Shown here in pieces: positions 40,821-54,790 of a stretch of DNA of 64,000 bases. The position numbers and the translations under genes were made by a program. This DNA is from Octopus vulgaris (lineage: Eukaryota): NCBI GenBank assembly GCA_951406725.2, contig OX597823.1, forward strand, positions 17,484,001-17,548,000, read 5' to 3'. A model generated the notes under the pieces. It was not told the origin of the DNA and did no database searches. It saw only the letters and a program-made list of their open reading frames with translations. Numbering within the stretch: position 1 is the stretch's first letter; each line of letters begins with the position of its first letter.

Positions 40821-40822
<2 letters not shown>
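40720..40822 (-). mobile_element. SINE-C 5' fragment
   Basis: Matches the head of 27240-27451. Confidence 0.78.
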
Positions 40823-40903
<81 letters not shown>

Positions 40904-41787
40904 CGTATAAATTTGTGCGTGTACGTGTACGTGTGTGTGCGTGCGTCCGTACGTGTTAGCGTGCGTGCATCCGTACGTGTGTATGTGTACAAATACCAAT
41001 ATTGTGAGAAGCATCACATGAGAAACAGTCTTAGCATTCGGTACCCATTTCTATTTTATTCAATATGTCTATTTCTAAGGCTGTGAATTGATGAAGATTT
41101 GGCTCCAATTTCCAACAAATCGAGAATGAGTTTGATCATAGGTCTTCTCGTTCAAAATCGTCAAAAACCAGAAACTACAATCTATGAGAATCTACAGATG
41201 GTTCACCATCAAACTAAAAGAAGACCTAACTGGAAAATCAATCATTGTATTTTAGAAGACATAATGCAAAAAGGAATGGAATGAAAATGAATTGAAACTT
41301 ATTATCTACAAGAGTCTGTGAATTGAACAGAATTGTTGAAGGAAGCGTTTTAAAATCAAAGCTGAAAATAAAATATTGTTGAAAACTATTTGGCATCTAA
41401 GTTATCGGTTTACACACATACGTATATATATATATATATATATAAATGAAAGAATGGAGTTGAACGACGAATTAATATATATATATATATCTACATATAT
41501 ATATATATCTACATACACATACATATATGCATATATATACATGTATATGCATGATTTTGTAGATAGGGTTATAATTCAAACAGCGTACTCATCTTTGTGC
41601 ATAAGAGTTGAAAAATATTGGAAAATGTTTTGCAGAATTATTACGTATCAAAACAGGAGACTGGAAGAAATCTTTAGTAATTTTTATTCACTATTAAACG
41701 TGTTGCATTTGGTAATATAGGTTTTCAAAATTGAACTTGTAAGTTTTTTCCCAATCTCTTGTTTTTATATGTATTTATGTGTCTGTG

Positions 41788-41892
<105 letters not shown>

Positions 41893-41894
41893 TT

Positions 41895-42062
41895 AACAAC
41901 CGATGCTGGCGTGTTTACGTCCCCGTAACTTAGTGGTTCGGCAAAAGAAACCGATCGAATAAATACTAGGCTTACAAAGGATAAATCCTGGCGTCGATTT
42001 GCTCGACTAAAGGCGGTGCTCCAGCATGGCCGCAGTCAAATGACTTGAAGCAAGTAAAAGAG
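41895..42062 (+). mobile_element. SINE-B 3' half
   Basis: Homology to B tails. Confidence 0.85.
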
Positions 42063-42283
42063 GAAAGAGAGAAACAGAAAATGAACCTCTCATCACTTGC
42101 TCAGGAATCGAAAGGGTTTCCATTTACTCGAGACACAGTTCACATAGATATTAACTAAACGATTCATCTAGCTGCTTCAGTAAAGCCAATGATGAAGCAT
42201 CTAAATCTGCTAGAAAAAAGCGGTAAAATAATCTCCCTCAACTAATCTCAATACAATGTCCACGTTCGTTGATGTAATCCTAA

Positions 42284-42515
42284 ATACCTATTTCTTTATT
42301 ACCCACAAGGGGCTAAACATAGAGGGGACAAACAAGGACAGACATTGGTATTAAGTCGATTACATCGACCCCAGTGCGTAACTGGTACTTAATTTATCGA
42401 CCCCGAAAGGATGAAAGGCAAAGTCGACCTCGGCGGAATTTGAACTCACAACGTAACGGCGGACGAAATACGGCTACGCATTTCGCCTGGCCAGCTAACG
42501 ATTCTGCCAGCTCGC
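42284..42515 (-). mobile_element. SINE family A
   Basis: Reverse complement of 1110-1338. Confidence 0.9.
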
Positions 42516-42549
42516 AGAATACCTACATACGAATACCTAAATACCTACA

Positions 42550-43386
42550 TACGAATTTTGAGCGAAGAATTGCGAATGAAGAGTTGCAGCGAAATTTGTG
42601 CCTCGCTCGCTCACGGAAGATCAAAAGTAGTCACGACTTGAATGCGTGTCGCGAACTGAAAGAACAGTTGGAAGTTGGTCCAGACCTGTTTTCGAAGGTC
42701 ATCACTGGTGATGAAAGCTGATGCTACGGAATTTGCTGATGTGGAAGAGGTGAAGAAAAAAACGACGAAGGCGTTAAAAGGTATCACTTCGCAAAAGGTG
42801 GCGAGCTGGCAGAAACGTTAGCACGCTGGACGAAATGCGTAGCCGTATTTCGTCTGCCGTTACGTTCTGAGTTCAAATTCCATCGAGGTCGACTTTGCCT
42901 TTCATCCTTTCAGGGTCAATAAATTAAGTACTAGTTATGCACAGGGGTCGATATAATCGACTTAATCCGTTTGTCTGTCCTTGTTTGTCCTCTCTGTGTT
43001 TGGTCCCTTGTGGGTAGTAAAGAAATAGGTATTTCGTCTGCCGTTACGTTCTGAGTTCAAATTCAGCCGAGGTCGACTTTGCCTTTCATCCTTTCGGGGT
43101 CGATTAAATAGGTACCAGTTACGCACTGAGGTCGATATAATCGACTTAATCCGTTTGTCTGTCCTTGTTTGTCCCCTCTGTGTTTAGCCCCTTGTGGGTA
43201 GTAAAGAAATAGGTAGGTATCACTTCGAAAGAGTTTCAGGACTACTTCGAACAGTTGGAAAATGTGCCTGGACCGATAAGTTGTTTCAAATGGAGACTAT
43301 ATTGAAGGCGATAAAAGTGCAAGCATGTAAAACAAAGTGAGCAAAATCACATTGTAAAATTCCGGTTTGTTTTGGGTACCCCTTCG
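42550..43386 (+). pseudogene. Second copy of deleted mariner M2, interrupted by a SINE-A dimer
   Basis: AAKFVPR..PDLFSKVITGDES; same deletion junction (tgctacggaatttgc) as the 18150-18980 copy. Confidence 0.85.
42796..43214 (+). mobile_element. SINE-A head-to-tail dimer with target-site duplication
   Basis: TSD AGGTATCACTTCG(C/A)AA at 42779-42794 and 43215-43230. Confidence 0.92.
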
Positions 43387-44132
43387 TATATGCTCATAAA
43401 GAAACTGGATGATCAAACTTAGAACGCCTTTGGGGATAGGTCTGCTGGATTAAGACTAAACAGCGCCAACTAATCGAGTTACATAATGAGAAATTTTTAC
43501 AGATTACCCTCAAAGGCTTGTTACATAAAAGAAAGAAACACGACCCTTCACATACTTTAGAAATAGTTATTACAGAGCATAACTGATCACTAATTAGGCT
43601 GAAAGTTCAAGCTTCTAATTAATTAGACGAAATCTAATTTGGCGCAAAACTAGTCTGTAATTAGATTCTGAAATATTCGTGAAATAGCTGCGATACTTGA
43701 TCACATGCCTAATGAATAGGAATATATTATGTCAACACAAATACTGCCGGGTTAGATGTCATCCATTATTAAGTTATAAGATGTAGAAATAGAGATTTAT
43801 GAAGAATATAAAGAAAAATACGTTATATGTTATTTTGCCCTAGGTTGCTCTCTTAGTTGTACTTGAATCCCTGGAATACCCTGAGTTGTCTCCGTTTCAA
43901 TTTATCATCATGGGATTGGAATAAACAACTAATATGGAAAAGAACTAGAAGAATCTTATATTGGTATTCTTTCTCATGACCTATGGAGTGGTATAACATT
44001 CACTGAAAGCTCAGTCTTGGTATAACATGTTTGGGACAATCCAGCGCAAAGTGCGAGCCCATATCTTCCACAAGAAGTTTAACTGAGGGTTGTGAATCAA
44101 AGAAATATTGTTCCTTACTCTGGAGCAATTAG

Positions 44133-44568
44133 TGGTTTCAAATGTTGGCACAAAGCCAGAAATTTCGAGGAAGGGGCTGGATCGATTACAACAACCCCAG
44201 TATTCAACTGGTACTTATTTTATCGACCTCGAAAGAATGAAAGGCACAGTTGACCTCGACGGAATTTGAACTCAGAGCGTAAAAACGGACGAAATAAGGC
44301 TAAGCATTTTGCCCGGCGTGCTAGCGATCCTGCCATCTTGCCGCATTACTCCATAATAATTATTCTTTTCTACTCTAGGCACAAGGCCCGAAGTTTTGGT
44401 GAGGGGGGGGCAGTCAATTAGATCGACCCCATTATGCAACTGGTACTTAATTTATCGACCCCCGAAGGGATGAAAGGCTAAGAAAACCTCGGCAGAATTT
44501 GAACTCAGAACGTAAAGAACTCTAAGCATTTTGCCCGGCGTGCTAATGCTTCAGCCAGCTCGCCGCCT
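44133..44568 (-). mobile_element. Two adjacent SINE-A copies (short-tail variants)
   Basis: 44133-44345 and 44360-44568; head and core homology to family A. Confidence 0.85.
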
Positions 44569-45124
44569 TCTCCATACTAATTATTGACGGTGTGATTTAT
44601 GGATCCTTTCACAGCATAATGGTTGATTATTTGAGATTAGGGAACCTTTGACACAAAGAAAACACTGTGCAGCTGAAGGTGACACAGCATGAAACACCGA
44701 TCTCTCGGTTGCCATATACGCTTAGCCATCTGAACATTTCGAAGTTGGAATAAAAACAAAGCGAACCTTACATTTTGCTCGTTAATATGTGATATTGATG
44801 TTTACGAAAAAGTAAAGCGACTATAACAGTGTCTACGTATCTGTGTGTTTTAATACGCAGAATTGCTCAACAACAATATTTCAACACAAGGCATGGTATC
44901 AAATCTCTTGTGAAGCTTGTACTAAAAATTTTGAAATTTTAGCCGGTTTACATGCTCTATGAAAAACGCTGCTTCCTGTTGTGATTAGAACATAACACTG
45001 TTCATTCACACTATAAACACTCACGCACGCGTGCGTGTGCATAGTATCAAACATACATTCATTTCGACCAACTGTCAGTTATGGCATTACCGTGAGTCAG
45101 TGCTGCGATGATGATCGTCTTGCC

Positions 45125-45189
<65 letters not shown>

Positions 45190-45195
<6 letters not shown>

Positions 45196-45486
45196 ATCAC
45201 GTGACCGACCAGTCCATCAGATGTAGTTACACATCGCTGGTCACAATGCGTTCGCATTGTTTTAGCCTTCGAATGACGCCACCCCGCTGTCTAAGCGAGC
45301 AGGCCAACAGATGAAAGAGTGGGAGTAAGATTGGTGAAAGAGTACAGCAAGGATCACCACCCCCTGCCGGAGCATCGTGGAGCTTTTAGGTGTTTTCGCT
45401 CAATAAACACTCACAACGCCCGGTCTGGGAATCGAAACCGCGACCCTACGACCGCGAGTCCGCTGCCCTAACCACTAGGCCATTGG
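45190..45486 (-). mobile_element. SINE family C, near full length, within (TA)n
   Basis: A-box TGGCCTAGTGG and B-box GGTTTCGATTCC; 3' part shared with 49348-49585. Confidence 0.85.
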
Positions 45487-45595
<109 letters not shown>

Positions 45596-45774
45596 CATAT
45601 ATATACATACACACACACACACATATATATATGTATGTATATATATATATATATATATATACGGAGCAAATAATTCACGAAAAAATTATTTGCTAAGATC
45701 TCATTAACTCTGTTATTATCCAGTAACAATTTTAAAATGATAATAGAATTAATGTATGTCCTTTGATTAATTAT

Positions 45775-45864
<90 letters not shown>

Positions 45865-45865
45865 G

Positions 45866-46262
45866 TTTTGCGGAGGGTGAAAGTAGTTACAAGAACAGGA
45901 CAGTAAGAACAAAACAAGAGAGTAAAAACAGTAAAAGACAGAACAATGAGAATAAAACAGCGTCTTGTTTTGTTCTCACTGTCCTCTTCTTGTTACAAAT
46001 TTTACCTTCCGCAAAAAATTCCCAAATTTTATTTAATTTGCTTTGCGGGAAGGATTGTTTCAACGAAGTCGCGTCTTGTCCTTACCTTCGGAATGTGGAG
46101 TAGATGAAACAGGGACAACTAAAGAAGGGAAATATTCCTTGTGTTGTATGTCTTGTACTCTGTTTTTTCGTTGTTTGAAAAAATGTTCGTTTCCATGTTT
46201 TTGTTTTTATGTTTTCGTTTCTCATTGAGTTCAACGTTTTTTTCATGTCCTGTACCCATATA
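45866..46262. mobile_element. Dispersed element E (copy 2) with terminal foldback
   Basis: Homologous to 25511-25945. Confidence 0.75.
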
Positions 46263-46338
46263 TGCATGTATATATACATATATATGTAGGCATGTACATA
46301 TATGTATATATGCATATATTTATATATTATTTTACTAT

Positions 46339-46369
<31 letters not shown>

Positions 46370-46375
46370 TTTTCC

Positions 46376-46442
<67 letters not shown>

Positions 46443-46923
46443 TATAAACAAGGGCAAAAGAAATTTTTGTGCCAATATGCTGAAAATAGACTTTAAATTG
46501 TCAATCACCACAATTACAATATGCATTCACCATGAATACACGTCGTGCTGAAATCGGGGAGGCCAAGCTAACAGAAGCTTTTCCAAAAATTCGTTATTTC
46601 TATATTGAATCAATTTCGGGATTAATCCGACGGATTTTTCTCTCTTCACTAGAGAATACGATAAGAAATAAATGAAATACTTACAAGCACCCATGAAAAA
46701 AAGCAGAAGCACGAGTCATGGGTACACATAAGTACCCCAGTTATATCTAAATGTAAAATCCTTTAGCAAGCCTCAGCACACGTGTGACTGGTCAAGAACC
46801 ACAACTGTTGCTCTTGTTTATAATTGTTTATAATTTTCACCTTTAAAGGTATTTTAATATGCTGCCACTTTGATGAAATTTTTTTCGAAAAAAGTTTTAT
46901 CCTATATTAGAAGTATATATATA

Positions 46924-46954
<31 letters not shown>

Positions 46955-47124
46955 GAAAGTTGGTTTGTGAAAGCACGTGGGTGAATATATAAAAAATAGT
47001 AAAGAGTGAAAAATATATATATATATATTAATACAATTGTTTGTTTGTATTCCACCTGCCTTCGTCTTTTGTTTATTTTCGTAAACCTGCCTTCGTCTTT
47101 TGTCTATTTTCATAAAGCTTACCG

Positions 47125-47170
<46 letters not shown>

Positions 47171-47175
<5 letters not shown>

Positions 47176-47340
47176 ATCCAAACAAGAAAACACAAAAAAA
47201 AAAACACAACAACGCGAGGACGTGGAACAAATATAGTATTATTGGACGCTCAGGAAAGAAGGAAAGAAGGGGGGGTTTAACGTTTCGAGCGGAGCTCTTC
47301 GTCGGAGACATAGGAGAAGGAAAGACAGAGGAAAAAATCA
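47171..47340 (-). mobile_element. Element HH-2 (copy b), hammerhead-like motif at 47275-47309
   Basis: gtct-CCGACGA-a-gagc-tcc-gctc-GAAA-c-GTT-aaac; (TA)n flanks. Confidence 0.68.
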
Positions 47341-48347
47341 TATATATATATATTGCATTTTTTATGCAACATGTCTATGAATAAGTTTTTTCCACAGACA
47401 AAGCCACAGCATCATGCATGTCTGTCAATGATATATATACGTTTAACATGATACACAGTTGGTATTTATATACATACATATATACATACACACACACATA
47501 TGTGAAGAGAAGAATGGACTTTATTATAAACACCTAATTTGTTGCTCTTAGACACTTTTCATGAAACTTACAAATTTACTGGTAGGGAGACCTTCTCTCT
47601 GCATCCTCACAATCGACTTAATTTTAGTAACTCGGAGAATTAGTATAAAATACAAACATATTCAAGAAGCATTAAAAAGAATTAATTGCACGATGAATTT
47701 CTAAAAGATCGATATTTCTTAGCGACTAAAATCATTTGCAATTTTTGAGCAAGCATGGAGAAAACTTCCTATTTGTTTCGGCTTAATTTAACTTCATCAG
47801 AGAAGCAAATCTTTTGTAGTGCTTCGCGAAATAGTGTTGAAAAGATCACTGACAAAATATGCAAAATATACAAAGGATATGGGTTCGACTATCACGCTGA
47901 TAAAAAGGCCTTCCTTTTTTTCTGTCGAGAGCTTATATGCTTCTTTATTAGACTATTTTCCTTAGTCATTGCACAGTAATCACCATAAACTGTAAGCTTA
48001 TATGAAAATACCATTTTTATTATATAGAGTATTGTAAAAACGGCGCCGTATAAAAAACCATTCGCACCGACAAACTGGTACGTTAGTTGGGAGATGAAAA
48101 TACAATTGTTTATTGGTTAAATAACTAGGAGTCGCCGTTCTTATGGTAATGACGCTACATTTATGGTATATTTATATCTACTTAACCCTTTTTAATGATC
48201 TATGAATCAAATATAAATACTTAATAATACAAATATATCAAATCTACACTAAACGACGTAAGTTAATAATACAGCTTTACAGAATTTGAAAGAAAGCAAA
48301 AGAAGACATTTTGATGAAAATCATTTTGGATTGCTAAATCAAATATT

Positions 48348-48579
48348 TACATTATTTACATTCGACGGATATTTGTCCTCATCTTGTTTGATGTTAACAC
48401 AACGTTTCGGCTGATATACCCTCCAGCCTTCTTCATGCGTCTTGGGGAAATTGTCTTGGAGAACCCAGGTTCGAAATTTCCCCCAAACACTCGAAGAAGG
48501 CTGGAGGGTATATCAGCTGAAATGTTGTGTTAACAACAAACAAGATGAGGACAAATATCCGTCGAATGTAAATAATGTA
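48348..48579. repeat. Palindrome P1 (arms about 105 bp), each arm a hammerhead-like unit
   Basis: tacattatttacattcgacggatatttgtcctcatcttgtttg.. pairs with ..caaacaagatgaggacaaatatccgtcgaatgtaaataatgta. Confidence 0.9.
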
Positions 48580-49208
48580 CATAATTCCTCATTTATTAAA
48601 TATAGTACTGTATAGATCAAATATTGTTGTTTTTACTATTATTGTTGACCCGAGTACAGCACTGACCAAGCAGAATTCTGAGTAAAGGTGTTCATCAGAA
48701 ATTATCAAATACTGTTTATAGTGTATATAAAACAATGTGACCCAATCTCTTTCCTTTTTAAAGACCCTCAGAATATATTTGGGAGAGATTTGGCTGCTAA
48801 ATTTAACGATTCGAGAGACCAAAACAAGCTCCGTCGTTGGCCTAGTGGACATTGGACTACATTTTCGTATGTGTCCTTTCTTTTTTAAGACGACAGTGTT
48901 TGAATTGTTGGAGATTTGGCCGTCACTTTTTGCAGGTTGTGCAATAGTATACAGACTGACACAGACGTTAATTAAGTGTTACGCTTTGACTATAAAATAT
49001 GATATAATTAGCGCCATACTAAGTTTAAGTTAAACATCGTTTCATGTAATACGTACCAGCTGCTTAGATGACGACAGTTAAAACATGGTTATTAATAGAA
49101 CAGAAAGTGCAAAATAATCTGAAATAATGCCTAGATATATTTATATCTCCCTCTGAAATGAATCTTTTTTTTTGCACTCACTCCCACCTTCACTTACTCA
49201 ATCACCCT

Positions 49209-49239
<31 letters not shown>

Positions 49240-49315
49240 ATTATGTATCTATCTATCAGTCTGCCTGTCTAACTGTCTATCTGTCTGCCTGCCTGCCTGC
49301 CTGCTTGTCTGTCTG

Positions 49316-49347
<32 letters not shown>

Positions 49348-49585
49348 CCAGGGTATCACCCAGACCGCTGGTCACGATGCACTTCACATTGTTTTAGCTT
49401 TCGAATCATGCCACGCCGCTGGTCAGGCGGGCAGGCCAATATTCCCCCTGAACGTAATGCCAGTCAGTCGCTGGGTTGTCCGTTTACAGCTGAGTGAACT
49501 GAAACGACTTGAAATGAAGTGTTTTGTCCAAGAACACAACTTACCGTGAGTGCAACATCCTAACTACCAGACCTTTCGCCTTCAC
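49348..49585 (-). mobile_element. Degenerate SINE-C-related copy
   Basis: cgctggtcacgatgc..ttcacattgttttagc shared with 45235-45270; tRNA-like head remnant. Confidence 0.65.
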
Positions 49586-49645
49586 ACACACACACACGGT
49601 TTAAAATTTTCTATATAAAGGGTTCTTAGAGCCGAAATATCGTAA

Positions 49646-50027
49646 TCTCTCTCTATATAAAGCTGAAGTTGTCTGTGTATGGCAGGTTTGGTAGCCTTCA
49701 ACTAACACTATATTCTCCGAGATCCTGCGGCGCAAGTTGACCAAAATTGAGAGTATGATAGAAGAAGGCTTGCTCTTCCTTCCCGTAGAAGAATAAATTC
49801 AAATCGGACCATGTTAACACCAAAAATTATTTACATAAAAAAAGTGCTTTTTTCTATGAAAATCCCTATTTTTTACGATTCTTTTGACTGCTGTGTCGCC
49901 ATTTTTCGATGTATTTCAACTCACTTAAAGAAAATAACAAGCTACATAATACAAAATTTTTACTTTTCAAAAATTCCAGTTCTAAAGGGTCGAAACCAAC
50001 CCGAGCAACGCCGGGCGATACTGCTAA
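49646..50027 (+). mobile_element. Non-autonomous Helitron
   Basis: A|TC start; 3' hairpin CCCG-agcaacgc-CGGG then CTAA|T (CTAG variant); ends resemble those of 16578-17792. Confidence 0.65.
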
Positions 50028-51679
50028 TATAAGTAAAACTTTAAACGTTTCTTTTATTTCTCTTATTTTTATTTATTGTTTTCCAGACAGAATGCCAACA
50101 GTCAGATGGCAGTAAGACACACGCTTACAAATTATCAACTTTCAAAATACAAACAGTGTTTTGCTTAGTAAAAACAATTTTTAAAATAATTCATTTTAGA
50201 AGTGAAGCAATTTATTAAATAGAAAACGTCTGCAAATAACTGTTATTTGGCAAGTTTTGAAAGAAAAGCAATACATTAAAAGTAAAGCCACCAAAAATAT
50301 TCTGTTTTAGAAATAAAGCAATTTTTAAAAAACGAAGCTATAAATGGTGAGCCATTCATCTTAAGAAAAACACGAGGTAGGTCGAATTACACTCAACGAT
50401 TAGTGATAACCCTTGCCATAAGACTTTAGTATATTTTATATTTATTCGTGTCACTTTAGTCCCAAGAGATATCTGTTCGAGAATTGATTCAGGCTTAGCT
50501 TGCTCTACTTAGGTTTTCTTGAGTTTTAGCATGATCGGATGGATTGTCGAAATTAATCTATTGTAAGGTTTGCCTTATTCCTCCACGGAATTAATTGGCC
50601 AGGGTATATTCGATTCGGTTTGGCTATGAACAAACCATTGCCCTATTCCCAAGACTGAACATTTTCGATGACTACACTTAACAACGCTAAGGCATGTTTC
50701 TAAAAAGCTTCCAAAATCTCTGCACAATTGTGTATCTGTTATATTGTGAAGGAAGTTCACGTTGCATACATCTTATGAGGAAACAAACGCCAAACCTTCC
50801 AGCTGCTTGTTGTAAAATCACTTTCTATTAACTCAAGACGCTGAGTGTTACACCACAAACATTAGTTAAAGTTAAAATTCTAACTCAATACATCCCCTAT
50901 TGGACAGAACTTTTTCCGCTGTTTACTACAATTTTTGAAAGTTCAAAATAAGTGAATCTGAACAAATATTCTTCTTTAAGGAAACTAAAAACGATGTTTT
51001 CTTAAGGCACGATTTCAAAGATACCTTCATGCAGAATGTAAAGTTACACCCCTCAGGTACACAAATAAATACCTCATCCCTAATCTACTTTATTTTCCGT
51101 GGCAAAAACTTCTAAACTTTTTATTTGTGAGTAAATATTATAACATCCTGTTCCTAATAAGAAATTATTAACTCTTAGCATTCAAAGATTTGTAGCTTCG
51201 TTGCACGTTTTTATTCACTGAACATCAATAATGAGTCTTTGTGCGGCAATACTGCACATAGAGGTTCATCACTATGAATTGAACTTAATTTTTAGTATTC
51301 ATATACACACGTACACGCGTCCAGATACCCACGCAACAAACAAATACACACACACACTCACAGACACACACACACACACGCACACACACACTCCCCCACA
51401 CAGACACACAGACACCGACAAACACACACACAAACTCACACACTCACGCACACAAACGCTCACAAACACATATATTTATAAAGCGAAAGAGATACGAATA
51501 GAGATAGGTAGATAGATCTCGCCTGAAGATCGAAGCGGCGTGAAACTAGAATCGCGAAATAAAAACTATGTATGTATTTATATGTGTGTGTGCGTGTGCG
51601 CGCGCGCGCGCGCGTGTGTGTGTGTGTGCGTACACATAACATATATCAATGCACATATGCATATATGTATGTAGTTGGA

Positions 51680-51832
51680 ATTTACAGAAAAACAAAAGAC
51701 GAAGACAGGTGTATAAACAAAAAAGCAGGTGTATTAGTTTAATGCTCGGGAAGGTGAGAAAGTCTTTTACGTTTCGAGCGTACGCTCTTCAACGGAAAGG
51801 AACACGAGAAAATAAACGGAGAGAGAATAAAA
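51680..51832 (-). mobile_element. Element HH-1 (copy b), hammerhead-like motif at 51764-51799
   Basis: cttt-CCGTTGA-a-gagc-gtac-gctc-GAAA-c-GTA-aaag. Confidence 0.65.
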
Positions 51833-51988
51833 TATGTATGTATATGTGTAGGTTTCTTTCTCAGGACGTTTCAAATGAATGGAAAAAAACAAAACAATAG
51901 TCCTGTTTGAAATCTTTTTCTGGGCTAAAGTTAATGGAAGGAACACACACACACGCTCACAAACATGCACACTCACACATACGCACAT

Positions 51989-52039
<51 letters not shown>

Positions 52040-52311
52040 TAGTTGACTCAAGACATATGTGTAATTACTCGATACATTTATTTAGAGTTAAATACAAAGT
52101 GAAAATAAAACATATATGAAAAAAACAAACGTATATGTTTATATTTTGCCGTGGTAGATTTGTTTTAGTTAATTATTTCAAATTAATTAGTCATTTGTTT
52201 AATTAGTTCCTTATTTGTCACACAAATAGGAAAACACACTTTCAGAAGAGGGGTACAACAAATTGGCAACATACATGCACACAACCATAAACTAATTTCA
52301 CTCCCATACAT

Positions 52312-52415
<104 letters not shown>

Positions 52416-53364
52416 GTTGCACACATTTATTACGTCTCACATCTTTCGATCGTTAAGTCATTAACACACATACATCTGCCTGAGCGCGCACTCCTTGTGT
52501 ATATGGGTATACTTTAATAAGATATTTTCTATGCAAATCAAATTACTCGCGTACATTCGGCTACATCATTCATGTAAGTTTCTCACACTGATTTATACCT
52601 GATGGGCGGCTTTTAAGCTAGCTCCTGTGGAGGGCTCTTCCTTAGGCCTTGGACCCAACAATGCCACTTCATGCATTGAGTACATATTAAATTTTATTAA
52701 ATCTGAGCAATATTTTTCAAGCAATGGACAATTTTCATCAATGATATAATTTGTCGACTTGGGAACTTATTGCAAAGCTGCATGACAAACAACAGTACCA
52801 CCACCATCGCCGCCACATCTACCATGCACATACCATTCAGCCTTTTTGATAGTAATAGTATGAGCTGTAGTCGTGATAGTGGCGGAGGCTGCGGTGATGA
52901 TGATAGTGGTGGTGGTGGTGGTGGTAGCCGAGGTGAGAGTAAGCGATGTGAAAGACAGTGGTGTTGGTGGTGGAGGGGAAGGCAGCGACGTCAAAGGTAT
53001 TGGTAGTAGTGGCGTTAGAAGTCTGAATGGTGTGTGTATAGCAGATGTGGTGATGGTGGTGGTGGTACAGAGAAAATGAATTCAGTGTTCAGTCTCCCTT
53101 TTTCTCACATACCCACTCTTTCTCTCTCTCTCTCTCTCTCTCTTATTATCACTCCCACTGCCACCATCAGTACTACTACTTTTAATAAAACATCATCAAC
53201 CGTAGAAATGTCATTGAATAGTGAGAGAGGGGATAAAATGTGACATACTGACACACGGAAATTACTTTTCGCATTTATTCTATTAGATGTTTAATTTTGG
53301 GGAATTTGTCAAAGAGACATGGTTAAACAAAGTTGTACATAATCTCCCTCTTTCTTTCTGTATT

Positions 53365-53431
<67 letters not shown>

Positions 53432-53860
53432 CTCCCTGTCTTCGCCACCGCACTCACTGTCTCCATGCCTACTATTATTCTCACCCCATCATGAGGAATA
53501 GCAGGAGTGTCATTGAATAGTGAGAGAGTGGGGTCTAAGTGTTACACACTGACACAGAAATTATTTTTCGCATTTATTATATTAGATATATATGTACATA
53601 CATACATACATACGTAATACATACATACATACATGCATACATACATACGTATTACATACATACATACATGCATACATACATACATACATACATACATACA
53701 TACATACATACATACATACATACATACACACATACATACACACGCACACACACACATACACACACATATATAGGAATACTTAAGATTCAGTTGAATTAGG
53801 TACTTAAATTGAGGCACCAAGTAAGTCCGGTATTATCTGCACAGCTTGAAGGTGAATAAA

Positions 53861-54238
53861 AAGCAAATAAGTAACAAGGATGTCAAGGCATTAGTGAATT
53901 ACAGCCATTTCAGGCGACTCCATTTAATCGAACAATACAAGCATTACATCAATTTGGATACACTGCCTTCCTTGGATGCATAAGACCATATAGAATTTCA
54001 ACATACTCCATTATAATCTTTTTATCAAATTTGTCCTCAGAACTAGAGAATGAAAGAGTTACATGCTTCTTTTATTCTCTAGTTCTGATGAAAAAATTGA
54101 TAAAATATTATGAGTATCCTGTATGGTCTTATGCATCCAAGGATGGCGGGTATTTCAATGCTTGCATTGAGCGATTAAATAGGACGCCTGAAACGGCCGT
54201 AATGCACTAATACCTAGACATCCTTGTTACTTATTTGC

Positions 54239-54240
<2 letters not shown>
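53861..54240. repeat. Palindrome P2 (about 380 bp, imperfect arms of about 180-195 bp) with a hammerhead-like unit in each arm
   Basis: aagcaaataagtaacaaggatgtc pairs with gacatccttgttacttatttgctt; centre cagaactagagaat..attctctagttctg. Confidence 0.9.
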
Positions 54241-54316
<76 letters not shown>

Positions 54317-54416
54317 CACACACACACACGCACACACATATCTATGGATAAGTAGAGGAGATGTATGCCAATTTATTTCAAGGTGTTATTAAATTTTTCA
54401 TAGGCTCTCCCTCTCT

Positions 54417-54468
<52 letters not shown>

Positions 54469-54751
54469 GGTGAGATTGTTTATAAAATATTTAGTTATGC
54501 AATCTTACGCAAGTTTCACTGAGAAAGTAAGGTGTATTAGTTATAAGATATTACGTACATCAACAAATTGCATTGTCAAATCTTCAGAGATGTGTAGCTT
54601 TCATTCGTAATATTACTAGTCTAGTGTCAGTATTGCCATCACTGAAACGTGCGCCATATGGTGTCAATGAATAAATATCCTACAAACAATTTCTTGTTTT
54701 TTTCTTCTACATATACTCTGTGACATACGCAATGGCGGATTGCAATAAAAT

Positions 54752-54786
<35 letters not shown>

Positions 54787-54790
<4 letters not shown>

